Positions 1-11,638 of a stretch of DNA of 64,000 nucleotides are shown in pieces (within the stretch, counting starts at the first letter, position 1; each line of letters opens with the position of its first letter). The stretch spans positions 5,548,600 through 5,612,599 of the forward strand of contig NC_134036.1 in assembly GCF_964204645.1 (NCBI RefSeq), written 5' to 3'. The notes below the pieces were generated by a model that was given only the letters and a program-made list of their open reading frames with translations, made no database searches and had not been told where the DNA came from. The translations under genes and the position numbers were made by a program. Source of the stretch: Tubulanus polymorphus (Eukaryota; Animalia; Nemertea).

Positions 1-850
1 GATTCGGAGTCCAGTGAAGAACCATGAACGACGTGACCAAGTCGAATTTCCGTCGCCAGTCCGCTCCGTACGAGTCGGGATCGGTCAAGTCGGCGACCAG
101 GTATTCGATTTTAGGATTCGGATTTTTCGAACGGGCGAAATCGACCATAGATTCGTACTGGAATGCGATAGTAAAACAAACTATATAGATAAATAAACGC
201 GATGTTTTTTTTCAATCCAGAATCAAATTCATTTTTCATTCATTGCTCGCGCATTTAGCAGGTCGGCCATTTTATGGTACAGCAAACATATAGCAAACAT
301 GCACACAAATTTTACCTCCCGTATAGAGACCACGGTGGGATCCCGGTTTGGACATTGGCCGAAATCCCTGAGTTAGCTGATGTTTCCTTGTAACAACCAA
401 AAGATTTATTTTTTGAATCGGAGAAATATCTAGGCCCGAAATATTACAATCCATTTATTTGAATGAGGTAAGGCAAAGTGATACAATATAGCACTCTAGC
501 TGAATTCCCTGCGTTTAGCAGGTTTTGGTTTGTCAAATCTGTCAAACCTGTGTCAATGCTGATTGGGCTAACGAAGGGTAACCTCTGAGCTGATGAACGA
601 TGCAGCTATGATATAACCCCCCCCCCCTCTGACCAACAAAGCAGACTGTATTTACCTTATCAAAAGCGGTAAGATGTTCGACGTTGTCCAATTTACTCAG
701 TATGGTATTAGTGACTTCACCGCTACCGCAGCCTATATCCAATACATTACTGTAACCACCCGGCTTGAAATCAATGGTCGATAAAACATTAGCGGCCCAA
801 TTTCTGTTGCCGTCGCTAGCATTCGAATAAAGTTCCGCGTTCGGATTCAT
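1..850 (-). CDS. MT1: JHAMT-like SAM-dependent methyltransferase, partial (exon 1 656-850, exon 2 <1-157)
   Basis: Exon 1 encodes MNPNAELYSNAS...VLDIGCGSG...TAFDK and ends at AAG|GTAAAT. Exon 2 begins at TTCCAG|TAC (YESMVDFA...). The rest lies outside the window. Confidence 0.88.
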
Positions 851-2179
851 TCTGTATCTTCCGCAAGCAAGAACTTTAGATTGAATTAGATCGAGCGAAA
901 ATGTTCGAGATCTCGCGGAAGTGAAGAACAGAACCGCGATTACGAGTAAGAGTTTATGCGGGCGGTTTTAATATGATTTCGCACGTTTTCTATAGAGAGC
1001 CGCTTTCAAAACGGATCGCGGCGATATAACGTAAGTTTCTATTGCGGTCGGAGAATAAAAAGTAGCGGTTGAATCGAAACGTCAACATAACTCTATTGCT
1101 TTTCTTTCAAGAGGAAAGACTTGTCGCTTTTTCGTCGTTATTAGATCATAAAATAAAGATTTTTTCGTCGTTATTAGATCATAAAATAAAGATGACGGTC
1201 CCGACGTCGAAATTGAGAGGACACCACCAAACGTATACGCCGAAGAATCGATTTTATCGATTGAAATATATAGGTCAATAAACGTCTAGACTATTTCTTG
1301 AACGTCGAACAACGTGAATGTATCATAACTATCGTTATACAACCCACGTCCGTGTAAACTCTACCAGTGTTCTGTGTTGGGTTTCCATACGCGAAACGAT
1401 ACTTGCTCCTCGAGAAGACCTCTAAAAAACCATAGTTATTAAAACTGTTAGTGATTATTGACTCAATTTTGAATCATCTGTATGCGAGCAATTCTCTACG
1501 CAATTTACGAAATGGCTCATGGAGTATCAGTCAAAACGCCAAACGCCAAACGCCAAACCCCAAACCAGGCCTACCGTCCGAGTTTTACTTCGTTATCGAG
1601 GGCTTTTTCCAATCGAATCGAAGAGGTTGGCCTCTAGGACTGTTGTACTTATCTTGTGAAATGTGAACAGTTCTTTCTTACAGTAGTGTCTTTTTCACGG
1701 TCAGTCTATGTTTTAGTAAATACTCGATTGATGCGCACTCTGTATTAACCTGTCGTTTAGGTAACGAAAACAATTGAGAAAATTCCAATTTCATTTCAAT
1801 TCCAATTTTATCTATTTGAACACATGCGTCAGCTCGAAGATATGTACTTGAAGACAAGTGGTATTTTTCTTTGTAAAAAGCATATATTCCGTGTATAGTT
1901 ATGTCTCGTTGTATAGTTTATCATACAGTCTCTCATGATTTCGAATTGAAAATACCTCTTGAAGTTAATAATTCACTTTGAATACCCCCGGTGTATACCC
2001 CTCGTGTCGAATTGAAAGACTTCGAAATTAATTTCAACTTCAATTTCTCTAACGATAGAGGGCGCGTCGATCTCCGTTCACCTAGAAATAGATAATCGTC
2101 GTTCGCGTCGAATAAAAAACCGAAAAGGGAGAAACGAAACGAAAATAGATGTCAAACATTTTTTTTTCTAGGTTTTAAG

Positions 2180-2773
2180 TCACCAGGAACACATTGGACA
2201 GTATTGTTTGAAACAGTTGTTCATGCATTCTGTCGGCCCACGAATACAGTGATAGCAGTCACTCATTTCACAGTGTGTACAGATCAATAGAAGCCCCAAG
2301 TTAGCGTGAGTATAAGCAGTGACCATCAGCAAAACTAAAACTACCAGATACTGAAAATCATTGAAATCATCAAGTGCTGCACATTTTCTGAGTGAAACAT
2401 ATTACTTATACAAAACATCGATCCAAAAATGTCTCAATTTATACACGTATGAATGTAGAAACAGGAACGGATAGAGGCGACGACGAGCACATGAGGATTC
2501 TACCCGTAGGAGGTAACGGTCCACTAGGCGTCTCAGGTTCGGGTGGTAGATCATCAACTACTGCGGCAACAATGCTTTTACTCGCGGCCGAAAATAGGAT
2601 TCACCAGGTATCGCCAGTGAGCAGTAGGCCATCAACTGCGGCAGTAACGGCAGCTTCGGAACGAGACGCGATACGATTCACCAGTCGTCGCTAGTACAAC
2701 ATCAATTACTCTGGAGATGTTACAATTTTACAACAGATCTATCATAACGTTAATACATTACCGTTGAAGACAT
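2180..2773 (-). CDS. Peptide A1: secreted 8-Cys peptide precursor, 60 aa; exons 2762-2773 and 2180-2350
   Basis: ATG TCT TCA ACG|GTAATG ... TTTCAG|TAT gives MSSTYLVVLVLLMVTAYTHA-NLGLLLICTHCEMSDCYHCIRGPTECMNNCFKQYCPMCSW*. Hydrophobic signal-like N-terminus; TATATAAA ~107 bp upstream. Not in the ORF track. Confidence 0.85.
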
Positions 2774-2879
2774 TTTCCACCGATTCTTTCAGGTCTCAGC
2801 TCAAACGTGTTTGTGAAGTCTACAAATTCCTTCTGACAACCGCGTGTACGTGTACAACGGTGCGACCAAACGATAGCGG

Positions 2880-2887
2880 TTTATATA
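2880..2887 (-). promoter_or_regulatory. Putative TATA box of the peptide genes
   Basis: TATATAAA upstream of A1, with positional equivalents TATAAA (11418-11423, B1) and CATATAAA (17389-17396, C1). Confidence 0.6.
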
Positions 2888-4283
2888 GAGAGACATAATA
2901 TTTTGATCGAACCATTGAAATCATGCAGACGTTTCAATAGGTTTCAATTCTCTTTGTCTCTATCACTCAGACGCACTCGAATCGGTATCGTATATCACCA
3001 TCAACCGATATCGTATGCATCAATTTTTAGCAGCTGTGTTAGGAGTATTAAGCATTTTCCGATGTTTCCGAGTTGAATATACTAAGCATTTTAAACTATT
3101 ATCACATATTCTTCAATAGCCGTCTTCTAGATAAGAGTAATATCGTTCTCGAATCTTCGTATTCATCGAGACTGCGACGGTCGTCATTTGTAAATGAGTT
3201 GAATTTTACAAATAGCTGGCTTTATTGATAATGAGAAAAGTCGTCGCTATATAATCATAAAATCTAATGGAATCATATTGAATCAAAAAAGCCACTGTGA
3301 AGATCGTCGTAGTTATTTCACAGAGTAGTTGAAGTATTCGAAAACGAGAAATTCGCAGAAAACCAAGTTATTTTTGGTGATTTCGCGCAGCTTCTTAACG
3401 TTGTATTAGATTATGGCTGGAATATAACAAGGCTCTTTGAACCAGTGAATTCTATGTACACAGTCCATCCTATTTTAAAGCAGTTACTGAGAACAAAAAT
3501 AAAACCGTGGATCACTTGATATTTGTGTAGGAAGTCTCGTGCAGGCTTATGTTTGTGCGTCAAAGAAATGTTTCCGAGAATATCTTAACCGGGTATTTAT
3601 ATCATTAACATTGACATTTTCTTTGATAACGAAATCCAGTTCGAATCCGCAGCAATGAATTTTTAGTGCGAATGTGAAAAGTCGGTATCGCCGCTTTGTA
3701 ACTACTTGATTTCTTCGTTTTAGAGTCCATATTTCATAATCCTTTCATAAGTGTTAGGGAACTAACAGTAACATGCATTTCGAATAAACTTGTAAACTCT
3801 AAGCCTACATTTATTGAGAACATTAGAGAATACGGTACGATCATTTTTGCCAATTTTCAGAAACTTTTCGACGCTGCTTTGCAGCTATATTTCTTTTTTC
3901 ATTTCCTTTCCTCTATTCTACATAACTGCATGTTCGTGAAATCAATTGTGAATTCAATTTGGATTCTAAAACTGACAAGTTACTAATCACGATCTTTTCG
4001 CTCGCTATAGCTTCAACATTCTGAGAACCGCGATGTCGCTATAGAGGAAGAGTCAACGAAGAAGCAGTAAGTAGAAAACACTTTATACTCGTATGACATA
4101 ATCGTAACATGCGATACCGGTTCGAGTGCGTCTGAGTGATAGAGGGAATTTGAACAGATAAAACATCTGCATCACTTCACACAATTGTTATTGATTATGA
4201 ACTGTCACTCACTCTCCGGTTCTCTCCCTCCCTCTCTATTCCAACGGCAAACTCGTTCATATGCGTGAAGCAGAATTGTAGAA

Positions 4284-4570
4284 TAGGAATAAACTTTACA
4301 TCGACTTCACTAATGCCCGAAATCTGAGATCCAAACAGTCGCGAAAGGTTTGATAATAATTCATGAATAATTTATTCTATTATCTATTTATACAATGTGC
4401 TCATTGGCTTTACGCCATATCTATTAATAGCAATAAACATTACATCGACTTTTCCAATGCCAGAGATTTGAAATCTACACAGTCGCGAAAGGTTTTAATA
4501 ATAATTCAATAATAATTTATTCTGCCTAAAATCAATATACAATATGCGCATTGGCTTAACATCATATATT
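4284..4570. repeat. ~145-bp tandem repeat (2 copies; 3 copies at ~18810-19235)
   Basis: Repeated aataaacattacatcgactt...cagtcgcgaaaggttt...cattggctt. Confidence 0.8.
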
Positions 4571-5014
4571 AAGGGGAACAGCGAAACAGGAAATTAAATC
4601 GAGTTTTATTAAAAGCTTTGATAGTTCCAAATAATTCCCTTTATTACACAATATGTTTAACTGTCTATTTACCGCGGAAGGACATAACAGCCAACAGTAA
4701 GGAGCATGGATACATGATCGTCAACCAAAATGTAAATGCAATGCTATCAGAATTAACCTATTCAAAATATCCCCACAAAGCATTGTCGTGAAAAAAAGTA
4801 TTCTTGCAATTCCCATCAGCATTAGTCTAATAACACGCCCTTTTAACCGAAGACAAATTCTTTATCTAGTAAAGTCTGAGCCTCATATTTCAGAAAAGGA
4901 TTTTGTATCTTAAAGAATTCGTCAGTATTATGACTGTGTTGAGACTAGAAGATACACAATATCCGTGTAAGATGATAACGAGAGAAATCCCGCAACGAAT
5001 TCAGCAAAAACGTA

Positions 5015-5650
5015 CGGTGGCTGATAAGGGCCAAACGCATTGATTTTTACACGACCTCGATTATAGAAAAATGCAAAACGAAACCTATAGAGCAAAAACG
5101 AATTTTTCTATTTTGCTACCGCCCAAAAACGAACTTTTCGTTTTTGCTAGGGCGCAAAAACGAAATATTATAGCGCAAAAACGAAAACATTCGTTTTTGC
5201 TTTATGATTTTTCGTATTTGCTCCATAACATTCGTTTTTGCGCCCTAGCAAAAACGAATTTTCGTATTTGTTCTATTGAATTATTTTTCATATGACCTTG
5301 ATTATAGAAAAATGCAAAATGAAAATCCATAAAGCAAAAATGGTTCGTTTTTGCCGGACTTTACTTCGCAAAAACGAAAAATCATTGAGCAAAAGCGAAT
5401 ATTTTCGTTTTTGCTCCATAACATTTCCTTTACGCGCGGTAGCGAAACGAAAGTTTGTTTTTGCTACGGTGCAAAAACGAATTTTATGGCGCAAAAACAT
5501 GAAATCATAATATTTCGTTTTGTGGGGTAAAATAAATGCTTGGACCCTAGCTAAGCGAAGAGCTCGTTTTTGCTCTATAAGTTTCGTTTTGTGTTTTTCT
5601 ATAATCGAGGTCGTGTGAAAATTATTGTATTTGGCACTTATCAGCCACCA
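5015..5650. mobile_element. Foldback/MITE-like element, family 1
   Basis: ~90-bp imperfect TIRs CGGTGGCTGATAAG...CTTATCAGCCACC(A/G) flanked by TA (Tc1/mariner-like target); internal GCAAAAACGAA/TTCGTTTTTGC repeats. Confidence 0.8.
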
Positions 5651-6020
5651 TACTATTAGCCATCATCAGGCGTACGTTATGTGATTTTCCGGTCGATCTC
5701 TTACTCCTTCAACCAAAAAAAAAAAAACAAAAACAAAGGAAAGTTAGTCAAAAGACAAATTATCTTTTTATGACACCAAACGAATTAGGTACACTGACTT
5801 CAATTATGGACGAGAGACCATCGCTTGTAATACGATTAAGCTACTGCATACTTTAATTCAGGGTTGTAATCTCGAATAATAACAAACCTATAATAAGGCC
5901 TAATACTCCTTGACAAGTGACACAGTAAACATACGACATACGGTTGTTTCTAATTTCAAAATTGATTAGGTCAATCTTTTACGACTTAATTCAGAGTTTT
6001 ATTAAGTTACTTTTTTCCTC

Positions 6021-6358
6021 AAGCTAAGCTCGACTAAGGTCGACTCACGACCCGATTATCTCGTCGTGAGATAAGAGCGGTTTTTAAAACGTGACCGCCG
6101 GTTACCGATCAAAAATCGTTGCATCGTCGTAATAGCGCTCAGGTCGTCTACGACCCGATCGTCGCAGGCTTGCTCTGTCGCTGATTTGCTACGATGGTTT
6201 GATCGGGTCGTGTAAAAGCAGAACTGGTTCTATCCTCGCGATTCGGCTTATACGACTGGTCTGCGATCAATTCGTCGCGAAGCGCACGGTTCCCGATGAA
6301 AATATGGCAGGTCCTTCAGACGAGATGATCGGGTCGCAAGTCGACCTGAGCTTAGCTT
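6021..6358. mobile_element. MITE-like palindromic element, family 2 (copies 20583-20918, 32590-32925, 40287-40622)
   Basis: ~40-bp imperfect TIRs AAGCTAAGCTC..AGGTCGACT..CGACCCGAT.ATCTCG with internal CGACCCGATC repeats. No clear target-site duplication. Confidence 0.65.
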
Positions 6359-6720
6359 TCTTCTACATACGATTAATCCTGCCATCCAGCAAAATATGAA
6401 CGCATGTATTATGCGTTTTTTTGTACGTTTGACGTTTGTACCGCTATGACCGTCAGCATTTAGCCTTTGAGTTTGTCAAATGAATTTCAAGTAAAATGAC
6501 GCGAATCATGATTAATAAGTAGACTGAGACAACCTAAGGGGTCCACTAATGCTAAGCATATCGGTCAGAGTGAGCTGAAAATCAGTGATCCTACACGAGA
6601 CACGTGGAGTTATACACATTGATATAAGTCGGGAATTATGAGCGGAAGATATCATTTAAAAGATAGATCCATATGATCACCGCGTACTTCACGATATATT
6701 TCCAATAAATATGTTTATCG

Positions 6721-8528
6721 CTAAGATATGATTTGCAGGTGGACCACAACAGCGGAAGCTGCCATGTGTAACGTGCCATTTTCATCGACTGGAACTTTTC
6801 CCATATAAACACCGAGCGCGTCGTCCATGAACTCGGCTAGTTTCGATTCGGGAATTCGTTTTACGTGCGGTAAAATTGCGCCGAACCATTCTGAAAAAAA
6901 TAACACGATATGTAATAATAGTACAACGTTCTTTGTTTCGCTATCATCGAAGTATGGTTAAAATCATTGTCACGGTCCAAATAAGGCCCGGAACAATTAA
7001 CTCGAGCTTGATTCGTTCCAATTCGCGGCCCGGACCAAATCGTCTCCGTGTGACCGCGCCTGAAGTCTCGCGACGCCAACGGGTCCGGAAAACAAATGAG
7101 GGAGGATGTTTTCAGTTATGGTTCACTAACGTTTTGCAGATTCGCGATCGGAAAATGTGTAATCACGAGTTGTGATTTCACAACGTTTAACAGCGAACCC
7201 CAATGATTCAGCCATTCGGCGATATCCACTGACTATATCCGGAGACCTCCATTCACTGTATTCCTCCCAGCTCGGCTCCAACGACCAGTCCGGTGTAAAT
7301 CCCTACAGAAAAATAACTCGTCATTAGATCTGACTATGAAATTAAAAACCTTTCAAAAATGAATGTCCTTATAAGGTAATGCATCATTCGAAAGATAAAA
7401 TTGCTCTATCAACATTTTTTATAGCATATTTAAATCGTAAATCGGTCGAACGGTTAAGCTGCTAGCTTTGGAGAGAACCGTCATTATCAACATAATCTGC
7501 ACTCAGATGGTTACAACATTTCACACTGATGAATGAGTCATACCTGGAAATACGGAGACCATTTTTCCAATTTGTCTACATCGCACATGTGAACCATCAT
7601 TGATGACGTAATCAGCACGAGGACGACTTCCCCGTTAACGGAGAGTAGACGTTTTATATTTTCCAAGTTCTTATATTGATTCGGAGTCCAGTGAAGAACC
7701 ATGAACGACGTGACCAAGTCGAATTTCCGTCGCCAGTCCGCTCCGTACGAGTCGGGATCGGTCAAGTCGGCGACCAGGTATTCGATTTTAGGATTCGGAT
7801 TTTTCGAACGGGCGAAATCGACCATAGATTCGTACTGGAATGCGATAGTAAAACAAACTATATAGATAAATAAACGCGATGTTTTTTTTCAATCCAGAAT
7901 CAAATTCATTTTTCATTCATTGCTCGCGCATTTAGCAGGTCGGCCATTTTATGGTACCGCAAACATATAGCAAACATGCACACAAATTTTACCTCCCGTA
8001 TAGAGACCACGGTGGGATCCCGGTTTGGCCATTGGCCGAAATCCCTGAGTTAGCTGATGTTTCCTTGTTACAACCAAAAGATTAATTTTTTGAATCGGAG
8101 AAATATCTAGGCCCGAAATATTACAATCCATTTATTTGAATGAGGTAAGGCAAAGTGATACAATATAGCACTCTAGCTGAATTCCCTGCGTTTAGCAGGT
8201 TTTGGTTTGTCAAATTTGTCAAACCTGTGTCAATGCTGATTGGGCTAACGAAGGGTAACCTCTGAGCTGATGAACGATGCAGCTATGATATAACCCCCCC
8301 CCCCCTCTGACCAACAAAGCAGACTGTATTTACCTTATCAAAAGCGGTAAGATGTTCGACGTTGTCCAATTTACTCAGTATGGTATTAGTGACTTCACCG
8401 CTACCGCAGCCTATATCCAATACATTACTGTAACCACCCGGCTTGAAATCAATGGTCGATAAAATATTAGCGGCCCAATTTCTGTTGCCGTCGCTAGCAT
8501 TCGAATAAAGTTCCGCGTTCGGATTCAT
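6721..8528 (-). CDS. MT2: JHAMT-like methyltransferase, 275 aa; exons 8334-8528, 7544-7834, 7131-7302, 6721-6890
   Basis: All introns are GT-AG and phase-compatible (0,0,1). Has SAM motif I LDIGCGSG and FDLVTSFMVLHW (JHAMT-type SFxxLHW). Exon 3 (GFTPDWSLEPSWEEYSEWRSPDIVSGYRRMAESLGFAVKRCEITTRDYTFSDRESAK) is absent from the ORF track but joins in frame to QWFGAILPHVKRIP...QIIS*. Confidence 0.92.
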
Positions 8529-9841
8529 TCTGTATCTTCCGCAAGCAAGAACTTTAGATTGAATTAGATCGAGCGAAAATGTTCGAGATCTCGCGGAAGT
8601 GAAGAACAGAACCGCGATTACGAGTAAGAGTTTATGCGGGCGGTTTTGTGATTTTTTACGTTTTCTATAGAGAGCCGCTTTCAAAACTGATAGCGGCGAT
8701 ATAACGTAAGTTTCTATTGCGGTCAGGGAATAAAAAGTAGCGTTTGAATCGAAATGTCAACATAACTCTATTGATTTCCTTTCAAGAGGAAAACCATTCT
8801 TTAGAGATTTATTCGGCGTTATTAGGTAAAAAAAAAACATGACTGATATAATCTCGGAATTGGGACGAGCAAACGTATAAGACGAAGAATCGATTTTATC
8901 GATTAGAATATAGGTCAATAAATGTCTAGACTAATTCTTGAACGTCTAGCAACGTGAAAATATTATCACTATATCGCTATAAGCACGCGTCGGTGTGAAC
9001 CGATGTACCCCTCTGGATTTGCATACGCGAAACACTACTTGCTCCTCGAAATCTAAAAAGAATGACAGTTATAGAAACTACAAAAGAATACTGACGTTTT
9101 GACTCAATTCTATGCGAAAAAAAACTAGTCCTACCGTCGGTGTTTTACTCCGTAATCGAGGGATTTAATTTTCAATCGAATTATAGAAATTCGATTTAAT
9201 TTCGATGCGCTTATAACGATGACGTAGTACACAGCGACTCACACAGAACCCGCAGACAACGCGGACTGGACATCGATGTGTGTAAACATTATTGTAACGG
9301 TTTTTAAGGCGACACAAATAGGACGCGAACAAAACGAATGCACGCCTATTTGAACAGAGCTTACATTATGCAAACTAATGCAAATCCAGTAGAATAGATG
9401 AGGCGATAATATGCGTCAGCTCGAAATCTGTTCTCGGTAAATACATTTCATATGCGTCAGCTCGAAAATATTCATCTTTTTCCTGCATTCGCACTGGTCG
9501 GCCGTACTTTCTCGAAAACCTTTCTATTTTCCTTGTAAAAGACATAAAATCCGTTTATAGTTCTTTTTCGTTCTATTGTGTATCTTAAAGTCTCTTATGA
9601 TGTCGATTTGAAAATAGACTTCTTGAAGTAAATACTTGACTTTCTATAAACCTCGTCTCGAATTGATAGAATTACAATTTCATTAAAAATTTAGATTTCT
9701 CCTATAAAAGGGGGCGCATCGATCTATCTCGATCTATCCAAAAATGGGAGAAACGGAACGATAAAAAGATGTTAAACATTTGTCTTTTGTTTTTATTTGA
9801 AGTAACCAGGATTAAACCAGATAGATTGGTGTATCGATTTT

Positions 9842-11374
9842 TTATGAGTTCAAAAAAAAGTCGAATAAGTACGTTGAACACATATAGATACAATGCGCAT
9901 ACAAACAGTTTCTCTTGCATACTCTGTACTTAGGCTCATCCCGACGAAGATGAGAGCAGTCTGAATTGCAAACTAAGTTGCACCCCAAACACATATGTTG
10001 CATCGCAAATGAATAACCAGTGACCATCAGCAAAACTAAAACTACCACATACTGAAAATAAAGGAAATCATCAAGCGATGTACGTTTTCTGAGAACATTG
10101 TTTATCCAAAAAAAAAACTCGATTGTTAACATGTTTCAATTCATAAAAAGGATGCAGAAACGGAAGAGTGCCGATGCGAGGAGAGGAGTCCACTCTGGCC
10201 TGGTGGGCACAAAGTCATGAGGATTCTACCCGTAGTAGATGATCATCCACCAGATGTATCACTTATGTACAGCAGATAATCAATTGCTGCGGCAACGACG
10301 GCTTTAACTCACGGCGAAATAGGATTCACCAGGTGTCGCTGGCAGAACATCGATGACAGGATAAAGCAGATTTCGAAATTCATGTTTGGCGATCAAGAGC
10401 TAGAGGCCTAGTTGAGGATTATGTATTGCTTGGAGTGAAATTTAACTGGACTGGTAGCTTTACAAAATCAAGAAAATACCCTTATGATAAAGCAACGAGA
10501 GTTATGTTTTCGATCGTTCAAAAAGGCAGGCGCTTCAAACTTCATGTAGATATTGTGTTCAAGCTATTTGATATGTGTGTCCTATCGCTATGTATGGATG
10601 CGAGGTTTGGGGGTTATGAAAATCTTGATTTATTAGAGAATCTCCACACCATATTTGGACACAACAATTTATGGCGAACAGTAGGACCTTCTCAAGTCGA
10701 ATAAAACACACTCTTCGTGATCAACACCTTCGAAATACCGTTTCAAAAGTAGATGCTAATCCGATATACATTAATTTTATGCAATACAAAAATGATATTG
10801 AATTAGAAAGGTATATTAGTGAACTTGACGAGGATTTAGTAATGATTCTATTAAAATTAAGATTTAGGTCTAATCTCATGCCTGTAAATAAATTATCAAA
10901 CCTTCCGTTAGATAGAGATGATTGATTATGTTCGGCTTGCGATGTTTTTGGTGATGAATTGCGTTTTATTTTTAACTGCAACCCACTGAATGAAATGCGT
11001 GAAAATATTTTGAATTTGAACTCTTGGTATTCTAAAAAAAATCCTACAATCCACTTTGCAAAATTCATCAAAAAAAGGCTTAGATGTATATAGATCTCCC
11101 CCCCCCCCCAATAATAAGTATATCGTAAATAGAGTATGAATATATTATCAATAATTGTGTTATATTTTGAAGACAAGTTTATATTCTCTGTTAATTGTAA
11201 ATATTGTATACTTTGTATAAGTCTCCATCCATGTACCATAGAAATGGTACATGGAGGGTGAATAAAATCCTAATCCTAATCCTAATCATAATCCTTGCTG
11301 TGGAAATAGAGGACTCGACGACAGTTTTACAAACAAGAACTATCAAAACGTTAATGCATTACCTTTGAAGACAT
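9842..11374 (-). CDS. Peptide B1: secreted 8-Cys peptide precursor, 73 aa; exons 11363-11374 and 9842-10051
   Basis: ATG TCT TCA AAG|GTAATG ... TTTCAG|TAT gives MSSKYVVVLVLLMVTGYSFA-MQHMCLGCNLVCNSDCSHLRRDEPKYRVCKRNCLYAHCIYMCSTYLFDFFLNS*. The intron contains a LINE fragment. Confidence 0.85.
10355..11295 (+). mobile_element. 5'-truncated non-LTR retrotransposon (LINE) 3' fragment in the peptide B1 intron
   Basis: Degenerate ORF2 C-terminus (ELEVVEDYVLLGVKF...YGCEVWG; CSACDVFGDELRFIFNC Cys-knuckle remnant) ending in AATAAA plus an (ATCCTA)n tail. Absent from the homologous site in the A and C introns. Confidence 0.82.
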
Positions 11375-11638
11375 TTTCCGCGAGTACGTGTACAACGATG
11401 CGACCAGACGATAGCAATTTATACAGCGAGAAATAATATTCGATTAAACTATTTAAATAATGCAGACGTTTCAATTGGGTTCAATTCTCTTTGTCTCTAT
11501 CACTCAGACGCACTAGAATCGGTATCGTATATCACCATCGCCCGATATCATATGTATTGCAGTTTAGCAGCTGTGTTAGGAGTGTTAAGAATTTTTCTTT
11601 GTTTTCGATTTAGAAATACTAAACAATTTAAACTATAA

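Noticed and set aside
2392-2694. 100-aa plus-strand ORF (also 36639-36941)
   Set aside because: Lies antisense within the peptide A intron, has a GTG start and no recognisable domain, and is not kept open in the B or C introns.
5071-5510. Lys/Phe/Arg-rich ORFs on both strands
   Set aside because: Translations of the palindromic MITE repeats.
6876-7175. ORFs repeated in every unit within or antisense to MT introns and exons (also 7676-7873, 7949-8131, 6199-6399)
   Set aside because: Recurrence reflects recent duplication, not coding constraint; no domains recognised.
6721-8528. Assigning the symbol JHAMT or a source species
   Set aside because: Only family-level similarity is visible and the key Gln is changed. 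A nemertean or other lophotrochozoan source is a guess that cannot be established from this window.
8529-8684. N-terminal extensions of MT exon 1 in the ORF track
   Set aside because: They use non-ATG starts that differ between copies, and MT1 has an upstream stop. MNPNAELY matches the family N-terminus.
10721-11239. Long minus-strand ORFs (172 aa; 209 aa at 45250-45879)
   Set aside because: Antisense of the LINE fragment; length varies with the poly-C tract.
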